DNA from: Tubulanus polymorphus | Lineage: Eukaryota; Animalia; Nemertea | Assembly (NCBI RefSeq): GCF_964204645.1 | Contig: NC_134025.1 | Location: 11,470,001 to 11,534,000, forward strand | Length of the DNA: 64,000 nt | Direction: 5' to 3' | In this document: positions 39,801-56,400 of the stretch, one piece after another | Numbering within the stretch: the stretch's first letter is position 1 | Layout of the letters: each line of letters begins with the position of its first letter | Program-made: the position numbers and the translations under genes | Notes under the pieces: generated by a model | What the model was told of the DNA's origin: nothing | Database searches by the model: none | The model's input: only the letters and a program-made list of their open reading frames with translations

Positions 39801-42800
39801 ATTTCGACTTTAACGACCACCTCCCACTTAAATTTGCGCGAAGTTGAACCAGTACATCGTACGATTATCGTGTATACATTCCAGTGGCTTCGAAAAATAT
39901 CGCCTCTTTCCACCGGGTGAGGCACGCGTTCATGAAATATCGAATAATGATTACTGTTATAAGCATATTGTATATTCTGTATAAATAAATGGATATTTGT
40001 ATATGTATATATATAAATTTATATCTGTACGTCGAGAATAAATTTATGTATATGCATGTATGTTATATATATATTAACATAATATATTAGTATAACGCAA
40101 GTGGACTGCTCACCGTAAGTTGTGACTAGGTTAAGAAGAACCCACATCACAGCCTTTTTTAAACTTCCGCGTACGCGAAAAATACTATCATCCTCCCTCG
40201 AACATGCCTCGTCTATTTTAGCATAAATGTTATTCAGTGCGGTTTCAATATTTTCAGCATTGGGTTTGTTTTGGACAAAACTTGATTTATCGCAAACATT
40301 GCAGAGTTAAGCTATGGTTCAGAGTCGGGTCTTGCCGCCGTGAAAATAGTTAAGGCTTAAATCAAATGTAACCATAGTTCAAGCTTTTATTCACTCTCCG
40401 ATTGGAATTTCGAACTTAACGTTAAATCCATCCTTTCATCCATCGAACAGAGTTTGCAGATAACCATCCATATGACTGACAATAGAGCTACTATTGTTCC
40501 AGGTATAACACAAATTGCCTACGAATATATGCATATACATATAAATATCTATATAAATGGTAAAATGAACGTACTTAGTAATACCAGGGATGCAAAATGC
40601 CCAGGAAATCTAACTACTCATAAAGGTCACAAAATAATGATTTAATTTATTTTGTATTCCGCAAATATTATAAGCCAACGGCTTAAGTGTGTCTACATAT
40701 TTCAATGTTAATTAGCTTTTCCATATTTGCATTTGGTAGCGGCCACAAAAAAAAAATTCGTACTATCGATATCTTAGTGATTAAATAAGTAGTTGAATCA
40801 TTCCATGTTTAGAAAGTCTAGGAGTTGAAAATAGAACTCGAATCGGGTCCAAGCTCATCTTTTCTACAAATGATGTGGCAAATTAGGCTGGCTGGTCCAT
40901 ATTCTGATATCTCGATGTTGAAAATTTGCCAACCTAGATTTTGTTGTATATATGTGTAACTGAAGAAAAGTTTTATCCTTCAAACCGAAAACCTGAGCCT
41001 TGAATGATAATTGGTCCCAAACCGTCGATAACCGTGATAATGGTGTTGGCAAGTGAAAAAAAAATAGATACGTATCTGAAATGAACCCAGAAAACCTAGC
41101 TCAATGTTATGGTAGTTGTACACACCGGAATTTGAATTAGTTCTTTTATGGCGCGGTAAAGCCAAAGGTGAAAAAGTATCTCTTATTCTCAACTCAACTC
41201 TGAATATTCGTGGAACACTGATTGTGATGGCTGACTTTTTTGTCTTTCTCTGCAAACCATAGCCAGGTTTCGATTGTATCTGTATCTGTAATTATTAGGC
41301 TGCTTGTGGTCCTTATGAGGATCAGTGGCAGCCGCGGTGGTTGCACGAGCGGGTCGATGGCAGCTTTAAACTGCTCGGCCGACTCTTGACTGGACGAGTG
41401 CTTCCTCGAGGTTATTCCAGTCGATAACGGTTCGCACAAAAAAAGAATGTTCGATTGGTCTCTAGTGATTCTGGAATACTCTTCTAGTGCGTTTCGACCG
41501 GAATAAACCGCGCCAACTCTGGAATGAAATAAACTTGATAGAAGGCCGCTTGAGAGTTCGTAATCGCGGATACGTTCAACCAATCGAAACCTGCCAAATA
41601 CTTCGAATTTGCCTCTGTCGCGTATGACTTCCAATTTCTTGCCGTTTCCTGGATTTCCGACTATGAATATAATGTAGTAACCCGTCATATTATTACATAT
41701 CATAACTAACAATACATAGCGCCTGAAACGCTCATTAAAAAATCAAAGCAATAAAAGTTATCGCAGCCGGTCGTAAAGAGCAGTCAATGTGTGTACGAAT
41801 ATTTATGTGGGTTCTTCTTCACGGGAAAGATATCGAGTCGAGAATATGTATAATACCGTATTGTAGAATATAGCGCATTTGAATGACGCCGAGTTTTATT
41901 CCTCGTTGATATAATTATGATTATTATTATGATTATTATAACGATTATTATCATTATGTTATATGTAAGATGCTTTTATTCCGATGATGTGTTGAGGATA
42001 TAATTGTTATGAAACCGACGCCGAGTTCATTGTTACGACTTTTGTTTTTAAGTAAAATGTGATATATATATATATATATATATTTAAGAAAAAAATAAGA
42101 AGATAATTCCTGTTCTAGTTATAAGGGAGGCTTCTGAATAAAACTTATATATACGTAGATGAATTATTAAGCGGGAAGCTTTATTTTGAAGTTGTACTAC
42201 GATGTATATGCCCCAGTGGTTCATCCTCCCCCGGCAGGGATTCGAACCTGATGGCATCGAGATTGCCACGGCACGAAACCCTGCCATAATCGACCGTGTG
42301 TGCAGATACATGCGCAGTTCAGATGATGTGATTTTTAGCCAATCAAAAATCCCGTTTTATTTTAGCCCGGGTTTTCCCATTTATAGTTCTTCCTTGAAAT
42401 TTGCCTCAACGATTATACAACGAGCAATCTGATTGGTGCCGCCAGTTTTCGTTCGGAAAGCTGCGCATGTACCTGCGCACCCGGTCTACTGATGCAGGGG
42501 TTCGTGCCGTGGCTGAGTGTAGCGATGCCATCAGGTTCGAGTCCCTGCAGAGGGAGGATGCAGTGGTTGTGTAGCCCCGGTGTATGGTCGTATAAAGCAC
42601 TTTCAAAAAAAAAATACCCGCTGGTTAGGAATTGTCGATCGATTTGGTTATTATTGAATAAAGCATAAATGTGATGATGCTAAATTGATTTGTTTTCCTG
42701 GCAGCCAGACGAACGAACGAACGAACTTTTGCTTCTTTTCTGGATATTGCGAAATTCCAATCAGAATGCACCACTACTATGGAATGTAACGAATAAAACA

Positions 42801-42850
42801 CATAGTGAAAAAATACTGTACAAATATATCTTATTAAGTGTTAATAAACT
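36850..42850 (+). other. Probable long Syt1 3' UTR with several candidate poly(A) signals
   Basis: AATAAA near 39983, 40017, 41749, 42138, 42656, 42792 and 42843; AU-rich tracts; true end not determinable. Confidence 0.4.
42222..42560. mobile_element. Foldback element whose inverted arms contain tRNA/SINE-like A and B boxes
   Basis: Arms 42222-42317 and 42461-42560; B box GGTTCGAGTCC at 42534; arm plus spacer recurs at 22028-22228, arm alone at 48277-48338. Confidence 0.7.
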
Positions 42851-43633
42851 TGTTGTCTTAGTCTAAAATGATGTTTAGTTTAGTTTGTTTTGGAATCTGA
42901 TTTCCGTCGCTCGAAAAAGAATGTTGTTCTTGGAAAAGAAGTTGCCAGTTAAAAAGATGACTGAGGCCACTATGATTAAGCCGACAATACAGAACAATTC
43001 CAATGATTTATTCCCTTATAAATCTTTGCGGTGAAATTATGACGATTTCGATGATGAAAAAACGTCAAATATACAAATATTCTTAACTCGCTTAATCCGG
43101 GTCGGCTTATTCTGGATTTTGGTCTAATCCCGACACTATTTGCAGCCCATTCGTTCATTATTATATAAGAAAATTACTTTGGTCCGGATTTCCCGTAAAC
43201 CAGATGAAACGTGTTGGTCCCAAACGACCCGAATTAAGCCGATTCTACTATATAGTCAAATTCATCGTTATAGATGGGACGATCATAATGTTGACGACTT
43301 ATCCAAATGACGATTTACGTTTAATGAAATAGGACCGGCGATACACAGATTGGGACCTTAGAATAGAAACGACTCGTTAGCTATACGTGACACTTATCGG
43401 GTGATGACTTCAGCGTCCGTTCGCTTTATCCTATACGATCAATCACCTCGACGGATATGACGTTTGACACAATGCAAACCAATCAACCAATCGTCGTATC
43501 GAAAATAAACAAACAGTAGAATAATGTCATCTTCATGTATTTTTAATCGTATGTTAACCGACGACCAACGGTAACACGTTCATACACCTAAGCAGACGTT
43601 CGATTTAAAAGATGTGAACGGGAATCCATCTCA

Positions 43634-46600
43634 ATGATTGGTATGGAAACGCAATTAGCCATTTTAATCGTGCCAATAATAATCCTCTCATTCTCGCATG
43701 GTAAGTATATCATTTTTTTAAAAATTCTTTTGTTTACTTATGTTTTTTGCACCTTGTCAGTTTCTGCATTTTCGCGTATAGAAGCACGAACCCCATAGAT
43801 GACTCGTGTAGGCATCTGAGAAATACACCGAATCACAGTTGCAGATGCAGCACTCTCTTCCCCACCCCTAGACTCTATATCAATGTTCGAGAGTCCCCCA
43901 GCTCATCGCTATGAGATTTTACACGATAGGGTTATTGGCTTTGGTCTTAAATTGTTTCGAATTGTAATGTGTTTCGATTTGTAATGTATGTTTATGTCAG
44001 GCTCATCTATTAAACAACTTTTACTACCGGTAAGGCCCTGACATTGTTGAGGTCATTCAAGTGAGAAAATCTCCGGGGAGGGACCCGTTTTGTGCTAGAA
44101 TACATACTGGATTTGCAATGAGCACATCCTCATATTAAATCTGAATCCTCCTTCGAAAAGACCGGCTTGCTGCTGTTATTGGATAAGAGCTTTGAACCAC
44201 TCAAACAATAATTCCCGTTCATCAGTACAGTGTAGTATATCAGAAAAATGTTTCCTAAGTTTCAGCGATACAAAATAAAGCGAGTAATGTTTCAATTGAA
44301 ATTGTAAACGGATCTAAGGTGGAATATGGACAAGAAATAGAACTAACTTGTCGGCTCCATGGACGACCTCTTCAGAAACCCTTCTTACTGCGTCACAGAC
44401 CCTTAGGTAAAACTAAATTCAGACCAGCGGCTGAAAATTGCGTGCCGTATACGAATACATTTCCTTCAATGAAAAAGGTAAGAAATGCATCTCCAATATG
44501 AAAAAGGCAGATTTTAATGCATGCCACTATCGTGATTTATGATATGACTCAGGGATCGAACTTAACCAAAAAATTGTAGGTGTTTTATGAAATAGGGGTC
44601 ATCGAAAATCCCTCTCTAGCTCACGACTCAAACTGTCAATGACAAACAACCCGTTTCGTCCTCATGCGTCTATCACTTGACTATAGTATTTGGCAGATAT
44701 AAGATATACATTTTGACTATAAAACTACTAAACCCCTCTTTAATAACAGGTGGACCACGAGTGTCGAAACCAGTTGACTTTTAAAACTCGGTCCAAGACA
44801 TTCAAACTTCTCAGTTGACAACTATGGTGCGCTTAATTATAATCAAACTTCGTTCTGCGTTCCTTTTGACTTAAGCGTATGGGTGTAAGGTGCCAAAATT
44901 ATGAATTTTTCTCAATACCCAAATCAACCAGAAATATACTAAAGCTAAAGTTTTATTTTTCGAGAAATTATTTTAAAAGTTTTATGAAGTACATTTTCAT
45001 ACAGAGAATCTGTGATTGGACTGACGCGATCTTCACTATTTCTTTCGTCGCCAATGAGAACACCGAGGGAACATGGCGCTGTCAACTTTGGAACGACAAC
45101 GCAGATGCATTCCTTCGCGTCGGTACGTGTGATTCGTGTGCATGCATCCTATATCTCGTATTCCACAATTGGTCAAAATCGCAATTTACATAAATTCGAC
45201 TCTTTTCTAGACCCAAGATCAACGGCATATCCAGTTATCTATCAGAAGCTATCATCAAAAGTGTCAGTTTCCGAGGATCAAAACGTAAACAGTGGTAAAT
45301 AACGATAGTTCTTGTATTTTCTATTTGTGGAACTTTGGGCAATAAGCGTAAACTATATGTAAAATAGAAAGATTACCGTGATGTCTGATGATGCTAGCTA
45401 GCTTGAAACTGATCATTCTGAAACAATCGAGGTTTCAATAAAAACAAATTTCGAATTTGGTCTTATTATCAGTGTATCAATGTAGTTAACTACGAAAGAC
45501 TAATTATGTTCGACTCACTTTCTTTCTAGCCGGGAAAATCAACCCAACGGTGATGCAAGCAGTACTGATTTCACTGGCCTTCTTGACGGCCACCATGACC
45601 ATTGCGTTGGTTGTAACATGCGTTGTGTATGTCGGTCGAAGAAGAAGGGAGAATGCCCGTTGGAAGTATATAATTTTTTTTCCAACCGTGTGCAAATATA
45701 ACAAATACCACCGATAACGATCAGTGACCTGATATTTTGAGGACAATAATACAAAATTTTTCAGGCTAATAATGTCGAAAGATTTGACTTTAACGAAGAG
45801 AAAAGATATCCACGTTTATGCGTGGTATATAGGGAGGACGTTAGAAAGTGCGTTTCATTTCATAAGAAAATATTTGTTGCGTCGAGTTACATTTTGTAAG
45901 ATTTTTTCACAGGGGTATGCAAACACTGGAAAGAAATAGATCTTTGGCGAGCAACAACGACCGAATTCGAGTTTACAGTTGTGACAGCGGCGACAATGAC
46001 ATTGGTAAGGTACATATATACATATATTTATATCATGGCGCACGTAGATTACAATGCCGAAATGAATAATGTCATCGTTATTACATATTTCAGCGTACGA
46101 GCACATACGTCACGGCCGCCCAGACATACGTGCGATGGGAGAATCCTCCGAAAGCAGATTTTGGGATTCGACAGGTACGTTGAATCACGGAGTATGATAA
46201 GGTTAAAGGAAGCTATTGCATTTTCTTTACTTTATTCGACAAACCCGGTCTTAGGCTAAAGAAAAATAATACCTTGTTTCTCCTAATCGGTCGGGTCACT
46301 TTTTAAAACCGCAACACAATTTGAAATCAGTTCACTTCTATAGCTGCCGGGTCTGTTATGGTTAGCTTAATCATGATTTAAAAAAAGTTATGTAGACTAC
46401 AGGGTATAGACTCTTAAGCTCAGCAGAAAAGAGCAAGGACGGTATCAATTTTTTAGCCTTATTTACAACGATTACACAAACTACAAGTTTCACGTAATGA
46501 CCACAGATATTCCACGGTCCTTTCTTAGCGCAAATGTTTCAGCAATTTTTCTTTCATTTTGGGATATCTACTTTACAGTGGAGAGTCCATACATGTCAAT

Positions 46601-46679
46601 GAGCGCACCCTCGAAGCCAAATTACTACGAAGAACCGGAAGAAGTTTCACAGTATCAGATGATTCCGGAACTGCAATAA
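43634..46679 (+). CDS. Uncharacterised single-Ig-domain type I membrane receptor with tyrosine-motif tail, about 296 aa
   Basis: Exons 43634-43700 (signal peptide), 44266-44477 (VEYGQEIELTCRLHGRP), 45005-45122 (EGTWRC), 45211-45294, 45530-45665 (TM + RRRR), 45913-46004, 46094-46174, 46579-46679; phases join to 891 nt. The donor at 45666 is weak and a further exon at 45765-45847 is unresolved. Confidence 0.72.
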
Positions 46680-47246
46680 TTTTCCGAGGCTATCAAGATA
46701 TCGCTCGATCAAAACATGATAAAAATTCGTCATGTTTTCAATTTGAATTGTGATGATTTATTTACATGTACGATTTAATGTAAATGTTATGATATTTTAG
46801 ACAATTAGATTTGATAAGTTTATTCGAGAACAGGACAAATTCCATGTATACATACGGGTCATTAATCTTATTGTTTTTTTTTATATCTCTATAAAACCTG
46901 TTATTTCTACATTTTTTAAGTATGAAGGGGATGATTTAAAGTTCCGGGATAAACCAGTTCAATTCATAAATCTGCTTCATTTCCTCAAATACCAATTATA
47001 TTGACAATGCCACCTCTTATCACAAATCAAAGCGGACGTTGATTATCAAATTATCAATTTTTTTCTATCAATTCTTTTTTATAATCTAGCAATCATATTT
47101 ATCAAATGCTCTAGTTCATTACGGATTTTCTATTTCAGTCCGATATCATTGTTATCCCCGGAAAATGTTTCTGACCCAGTTAACCAAGTTCCAACTTCCA
47201 ACGATCAAATATTAGCCCAGTCCGATTGAACCTTACCTCGCTTCCT

Positions 47247-47403
47247 CAGGGCCGTACCTAACATTTGAATTCAGGGGGAGGGGAGAGAATCCCGAAAATG
47301 GGCAGTTCTATTTGGATATAACATAAATATTTGCAAAAAGGGCACTTTTCCAAAATTTCCGGTGGAGGCAACCGCCCCTGCTCCTCCGTCAGGTACGGCC
47401 CTG
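47247..47403. mobile_element. CAGGG-TIR MITE
   Basis: CAGGGCCGTACCT / AGGTACGGCCCTG perfect 13-bp TIR. Confidence 0.8.
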
Positions 47404-48043
47404 TTTGTGAAACCACCAGTAAACATCAGTTTCACAAGTGTCGGTTAAGACTTGACTCCAGAAGTTTCGGTTAAGACTTGACTCTAGAAAATGTTTTTTT
47501 GATTAACGTCATGTTTTCCATTGGTCCCAACAGTGGCATTATAAAGGACCCTTACTGTAGGGCTACATCTAATCTGAAATATTAATCATTCGATATATGG
47601 CCCTTCACAATTCCGTGCCATAACAATTTTAGATTCATTTTCAATTCATTTTATGGCATTAGCTGAATATTCCAATGTATAATAGAATAAGGTGAATTCC
47701 AAGAACGCACGATTTGTAAAATATAATCAAATTTTTTTCATTGTTTATTGAGATGATATTGTAATGAGAGTTTATTAACATTATATATATTCTAAAGGGA
47801 TTTTTAAAGGGTAATCAACTTTTTTATTGCTTATAGAAACGACATTGTAACGAGAGTTTATTAAAAAATTTATATGGAAAAAACTTATTTGCTGTCCTAT
47901 TGTTATGAAATGATTAGATATATCATCTCATTGATAAAATTCGATATAATTTCGATGAAATATGTTTCCATTATACCGATTTATGATTCTGAATTTTCGA
48001 ATTTCAAGATTTGTAAAAAGTGGGCTTTGTATATAGAAACATT

Positions 48044-48257
48044 ATTCGTGATCACACGAGGACGATTTGGCCCAGGCTAAGTTGGCACGGATCAGGCCCC
48101 GAGTCAAATTTGGCCCGTGCCGAACTAGCTGATCGAACTGATCGAAGTGATTCACTTCGGAACCTGTAGTAATAACTACGATTTGACCCGTGCTAAAATT
48201 TGACTCGGGACAGGTCCAACATTTTTGATCGCCCAAAACATTCGTGTGATCGCGGCT
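48044..48257. mobile_element. MITE family A copy
   Basis: gtgatcacacgag ... cgtgtgatcgcggct. Confidence 0.75.
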
Positions 48258-50424
48258 ATCGACTTTATGGTATATGCATCCTTCCTCGGCGGGGATTCGA
48301 ACCTGATGGCATCGCTACTCTCAGCCACGACACGAACCGTGACAATTTCGGTGCCATCAGGTGGAGGATGTGGTATATGGTGTAAGTTATATCATTGAAA
48401 AGGTCCGTTCGACAAATCTGAAAAATTTGAATAGAACCATAGTAATATCTTTATTGTCAGAGAATATTAATATAATATTCTCGTACAAATATCTAAATAA
48501 TAAACCTTGACCATTTTTTCTAATAGCTATATCCCCAGGACGCTTCCGTAGTAAAAAAAAATGCATTTAGCAACCTAACATGTCTGTAGCAATATATTTC
48601 ATGTATTTTCCTAAGTTGTGTTACAGAGTTCGCATCTTATTTTTCTTGTAATTGTATTAGTTCAGCTGGTCTGTTATTTTGTTTTTATACAATTTGAAAG
48701 ATTCTTAAACGATGGATGCATGTTTGCAACGATAGACAAGTCTATAATAAAAATATTCGACGAAAACAACTTAACTGAAATTTATGTATTTTTTTGTTTG
48801 GTTTTATATCTGACGTATCACTGTATAATAAGTAATTAGGCCGTTGTTTTTATTATTTGGATTACGGTTCCATCGACGAACTTTTCCGATTTCTAAGTAG
48901 AAAGACAAAAATTATTTCTATTTTTTTCCATTTTTTTCTAATGGATATATTTGTCGGATTCGTTCAGTAAATGGCGACGGTCCATCGAATCCGTAATCCA
49001 GCTTTTAATAAAAAACAGCCTTATTCTGCCAGCCTGATTACTCCATTACTCCTGATTACTACAGCAACTTGGCCTTGGCCCGGCTCATATCTAACGCCAC
49101 AAGGTGTTAACCGCGGGAGAAAATGTACATCTTCTTTTTCCCGGTGTTCCTGGAGAATTATTTCTAAATGGTCGCATTCAAAGGCCCTTGGGCTTTTTGC
49201 GACCATGATTTCCCGGTATCATTATTCAGGAAGATTGAATCACTTGGTTTTTGATTGTTCAAATCGTAATGTTTTAGACGCCGCTGCTTTCACAGTCGAT
49301 TACAAGAATCGTTGTCAAAAAATCATCGTCAAAATTATCGGCCCGGCCAAAGCCAACCCCGATGACACCCCAGGCCTCACTTCGGATGTCTGCAGGGTAT
49401 ATAGACTTTGTTAATACAACGTCCCTAAAAATATCGGGTCAAAAAACCAAGGACTTCGGCCGAATAAACGAACCCCCAAGAATGAAGGATGCACGAACGT
49501 GTACCTGTGTAAACCTGTCAAAAATGCTGATGCGGACTTGCTGTGGAAAGGTGAATTCATTTTTAAAAGTAATTTCTATAATTTTCTACCTAGGACGAGC
49601 ATTATTCCGGGGTTTGAGTCAACGACCACGTATAATGCGACGACGTGTGTGTTATCAGATAAGAGTCCCTTAAATACGATTAGTGAAAATGTGTGTAACG
49701 AAAGAATCGATATTGTAATTCAACTTTGGAATATGCGCTTAGTCAACTAACATTTTTCCACAGCGAGTCACCGAAATTGACGATTAAAAAGGCTACAAGA
49801 AACAAGATATTGCCACGGCGATTTGGCTGTCCCGGCCTTCATTTCGTGGAATGAAAAGATATAATGATGACTACAATATCTAAGTAAACGTATTGATTTG
49901 ATCTCAAACTAAATGAATCAGTGAAATGTAGAGATATCAATGAGAGAGGAACCTTTGGTGAAAATAAATCGGTATAAAACAAAACAAAAATCCTTTGATA
50001 TTTCATAAAATGATAGCGGAGCGTATGTAGCTTATTAATAAGCTTGAGGCTCGTATCGACAATCGTTATTAGAGTCACCTCGGGGTGTTATGTTACAAAA
50101 TATGATATAGTAACTATTTGATATTTGACGCATGATCCCGACATATGTATTATTGGATTTTTACTGTAATTTACTATACTATAATGTAGATGAGCCCCGA
50201 GCTATATCCAGGAAAATCCGGTACCGCTAAAAGCGTATAAGCCTGTATAGGTTCTATTTGTTAATTGGTGGAATTGGTTGTTTATCGGAATATCCGTGTC
50301 GCAGATATATGATAAGGAGAGATATAAGATTTGGACGTCCCGATTGATTTCGAGTGCATACGTTAGTTACAACTTGCAGATTGGAAAGGCTGTATAACGC
50401 TTTTAGTTTTTATAGTTGCACAAA

Positions 50425-53344
<2,920 letters not shown>

Positions 53345-53366
53345 AATAATAATTATTCAAATTTGA

Positions 53367-53412
53367 AATAAAAACTCATTTTATTCTGTAACTTAAATTA
53401 TATACAAATAAA
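53367..53412 (+). terminator. Poly(A) signals of beta-tubulin
   Basis: Two AATAAA within 70 nt of the stop codon. Confidence 0.55.
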
Positions 53413-56400
53413 ACGTATTCATTCTTTAGCCATATAAATCGGATCTAGGTCGGACATTTTTCCACTCGTCAATGGTGGTGCATATGGTGTGGAATCATGG
53501 CTGTGCCGATTGCAGTTGAAATGTTACCAGCCTATAGTCTGCAGGATGTAGGGCGTGCTTCACCGGATTTTCATATCGGCAATAGCTTACCGGTGGGCAT
53601 ACCGGACCTCGGGTGGATCAAACCGGACCAATAGAAATAATGCATCATGAGGACATCGGACCATATCGGACCAGTGAAAATAAATTTCATGATAAAGAGG
53701 ACAAGGATTATACCAGACCCATAAAAAGAAATATCATTGAGGAAATATCGTAGGAGGGGGAAAATTGTAATCAATGAGTGAATTCCTGAGCCTACAAAAA
53801 TATCCTACGCAAAACTAACCCAGCCAGCGATTGAATTCGTGGATTAAGTAAGACGGAGCTGGAATTCATAATCGCATAAAACACTGACTTGTTTGTACAC
53901 TTTATACTGGGGACAATTGTTCAAGATTCCACCGTATAAATACTGGGCAAACCGATTTATCGATGTGAATTTAGGCGTTGGTAAACTTTAAACTAGGGCC
54001 CTGGAATATCTAAGCGCCTTATTAGTGGAAAACCTGTTTTAAAATCTCCCAACGGCATAGTGATCCGCAATTGAAGTTACCTGGTATTTTCTTTGAAATA
54101 GGGAAATAGGGATTACTGTCATCTGTTGATTGATTGATTTGATGTATATACATAATTCTGTTTGCTACATCTATACACCCAACAACCCGCCTCGTACGAA
54201 ACAGGGGGTTGAAATGCCTGGAATCGATGCATTCGATCTCGAATCACCGATTGAATCCTCACGATCAAGAATTGCAAATCGATATCGAGGTATTAACAAG
54301 TCGTTCTAAGCCATTTGCAAATAAAAGGAAACCAATCTTAAAAGTGCATTAGCATTTTTTGATTTTTTTTTTTACAGGGCGTTGACTGTTTTGTATACGG
54401 ATAAATAAAAGGACAGATTTGAATTGTATTTGTTTGCAAGTTTTCATTTTAGTAAATAAACGTGCCCGTAACGCTACCGTTTACACGTAACGCGTGCAAT
54501 TCTGCATTCTCGAGAATTGATGTAACATTTTCATTGCGTAACTTAACGTCGATTGAATATCACTCTAAACTTCGATACCCGAATCAACCAGCGAGAAGAA
54601 CCAGAATCTGTTGGTCTAACATTCCAGTAGGGCGTAGATTGAACCATTCGTCCACCGCTGGCATCATAGGGAAAGGCGCAATCAATTCAAATTAAATAGA
54701 ATTTTTGGCCAAAAGACGAGTAGCCTATCATCCGATTCCTTCGTTCACCAGGTCAGTTTCAACAATTAATCATATCATATCAATTAATGGAAATTGAGCC
54801 TTGTGGTTATGTCCCTAACCTATGTAACCCTTATGATATCCTTTGTGAAAAGTTAACGTTTCATTAGGCCTAATAAAGTAACGCTGTTAAGAGCAGGCCT
54901 GTGTAGGCAAGTAGCGTGATCGATGTTTCGGTGCTTCATTTCCTTATTTTGCGATTTTTTTGGTGGACCTGTTTGAAACGATGCTTGAAGGTAAAAGTGT
55001 TGTGATGGCAAGTAACAAGTTCACAATTCAAGGCTTCCGATGGAATTAAATGCCAGTCTCAAGTAGGCCTATTACCTTTGTAGGCCTCTGACTAAGATCA
55101 GGAGTATGGAGGTCATGCCTATGATTTTATCCAATTTCTGAAAATTCATAGGCTTTTTTGAACACAGGCCTTTTTACGGGATTATGGGCGGTTATTCTTA
55201 TCTGCCCATGCTTGTAACTAGTGTATGGAAAGCAGAACTTTTTGTTTACCGTAATTTTTTGCCACCCCCAAACAAGTTAGATATATTGGCATCCATTTGA
55301 GACGTTAGATAGTTAATGATAGATTGGATAAAGTTTCGGTTTTTTTAGGCCATGTTGAAACCACCTACGTATGTGACGAAGATAAATAGGGTAGGCCTAC
55401 AACAAATCAGATAAGATGACGGATGACTATGGTTTTTGATGATTTTGAAATTCTGGTAGATTTTTGGTAAAAGAATGAAATGAATAGCGAGGTGAAAGTT
55501 GACAGTGTGGGTCTGACTTGAAATGAATGCTGCCACGTACGAGCTCTACGAGTGAACCGCAAACCTTTAGGATCAGTTAGACCAACAAAACCCTGTTTTA
55601 GTTGTTAGTTACTCATAGGACCTTATTGGTGATGACCACAGGCCTATAGCACAATGTTAGCAATGATTATTGATGCCATCTTATTGGTATATTAATTTTC
55701 ATCGATTTTTTCCTTAAGTTAGATAGGCCTACCATTCTGCAATGTATTGTGCTTTAGGTCAGAAATAGAGCTCTCTGTTTTTACACATGCAATTTTATGC
55801 TGTCTTAACCGAGAAACAAGCTAAGTCTATCTGATATTAAGTGCTGATTTTACCTCTTGGTAATGTGTACCAATACGGTATTCAAATCATAAGTGAATCC
55901 TGAATACCTAGGGCATAGGCCTAGGCCAAACTGATCGGAATAGCCATTTGTCGAACTAAACCTCAGTCGAGTTAGGCTACTGAATAGGGCTTTGGTTAGC
56001 CCAACCCCAATTAACTAAAAAAAAAAGCGAACCAACATGGTATAATTTGTCATATCCCTCAGAAAAAATTGGACTTGCATGATTCTTATAGGCCCGTTTG
56101 GCTAATGGAGTGCAGCATTTAAGTCTGAAGCCCCAACAGGTTTAGGCCTATTTAGACTTAAAACATTTTGATGAATAATTTGCGCTATGAGCATGCAGAA
56201 AAGCCTTCTAATCCTGGTCATTTGCGAATCGCTTATTGAAAGATTTGAGAGAGATTGAAATTCACTATGCTAACTGCTTAGGGCTCTTCATTGGCCTAAA
56301 GTAAAAAGCATAATAAGCCTATAGCCTAATCATTGGTGTGTGATTTGAAAAGGGGTGGGTATGCCTAACATAAGGTCCTCAAAATCTGGAATTACATAAG

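Noticed and set aside
41194-41712. 172-aa minus-strand ORF with GNPGNGKK resembling a P-loop
   Set aside because: Lacks the Ser/Thr after GK and any Walker B context; no partner exons found; lies antisense in the presumed Syt1 3' region.
43761-43960. Cys-containing reading (DSCRH...SCRCS) as an extra exon of the Ig gene
   Set aside because: Both nearby acceptors give an in-frame TAG in the required phase; the gene joins cleanly without it.
45385-45415. Third hammerhead-like core CTGATGA...GAAA..TC in an intron of the Ig gene
   Set aside because: Stem II does not abut GAAA and stems I/III do not pair convincingly; similar partial hits near 7115-7160, 10255-10300 and 44750-44775 also lack a full core.
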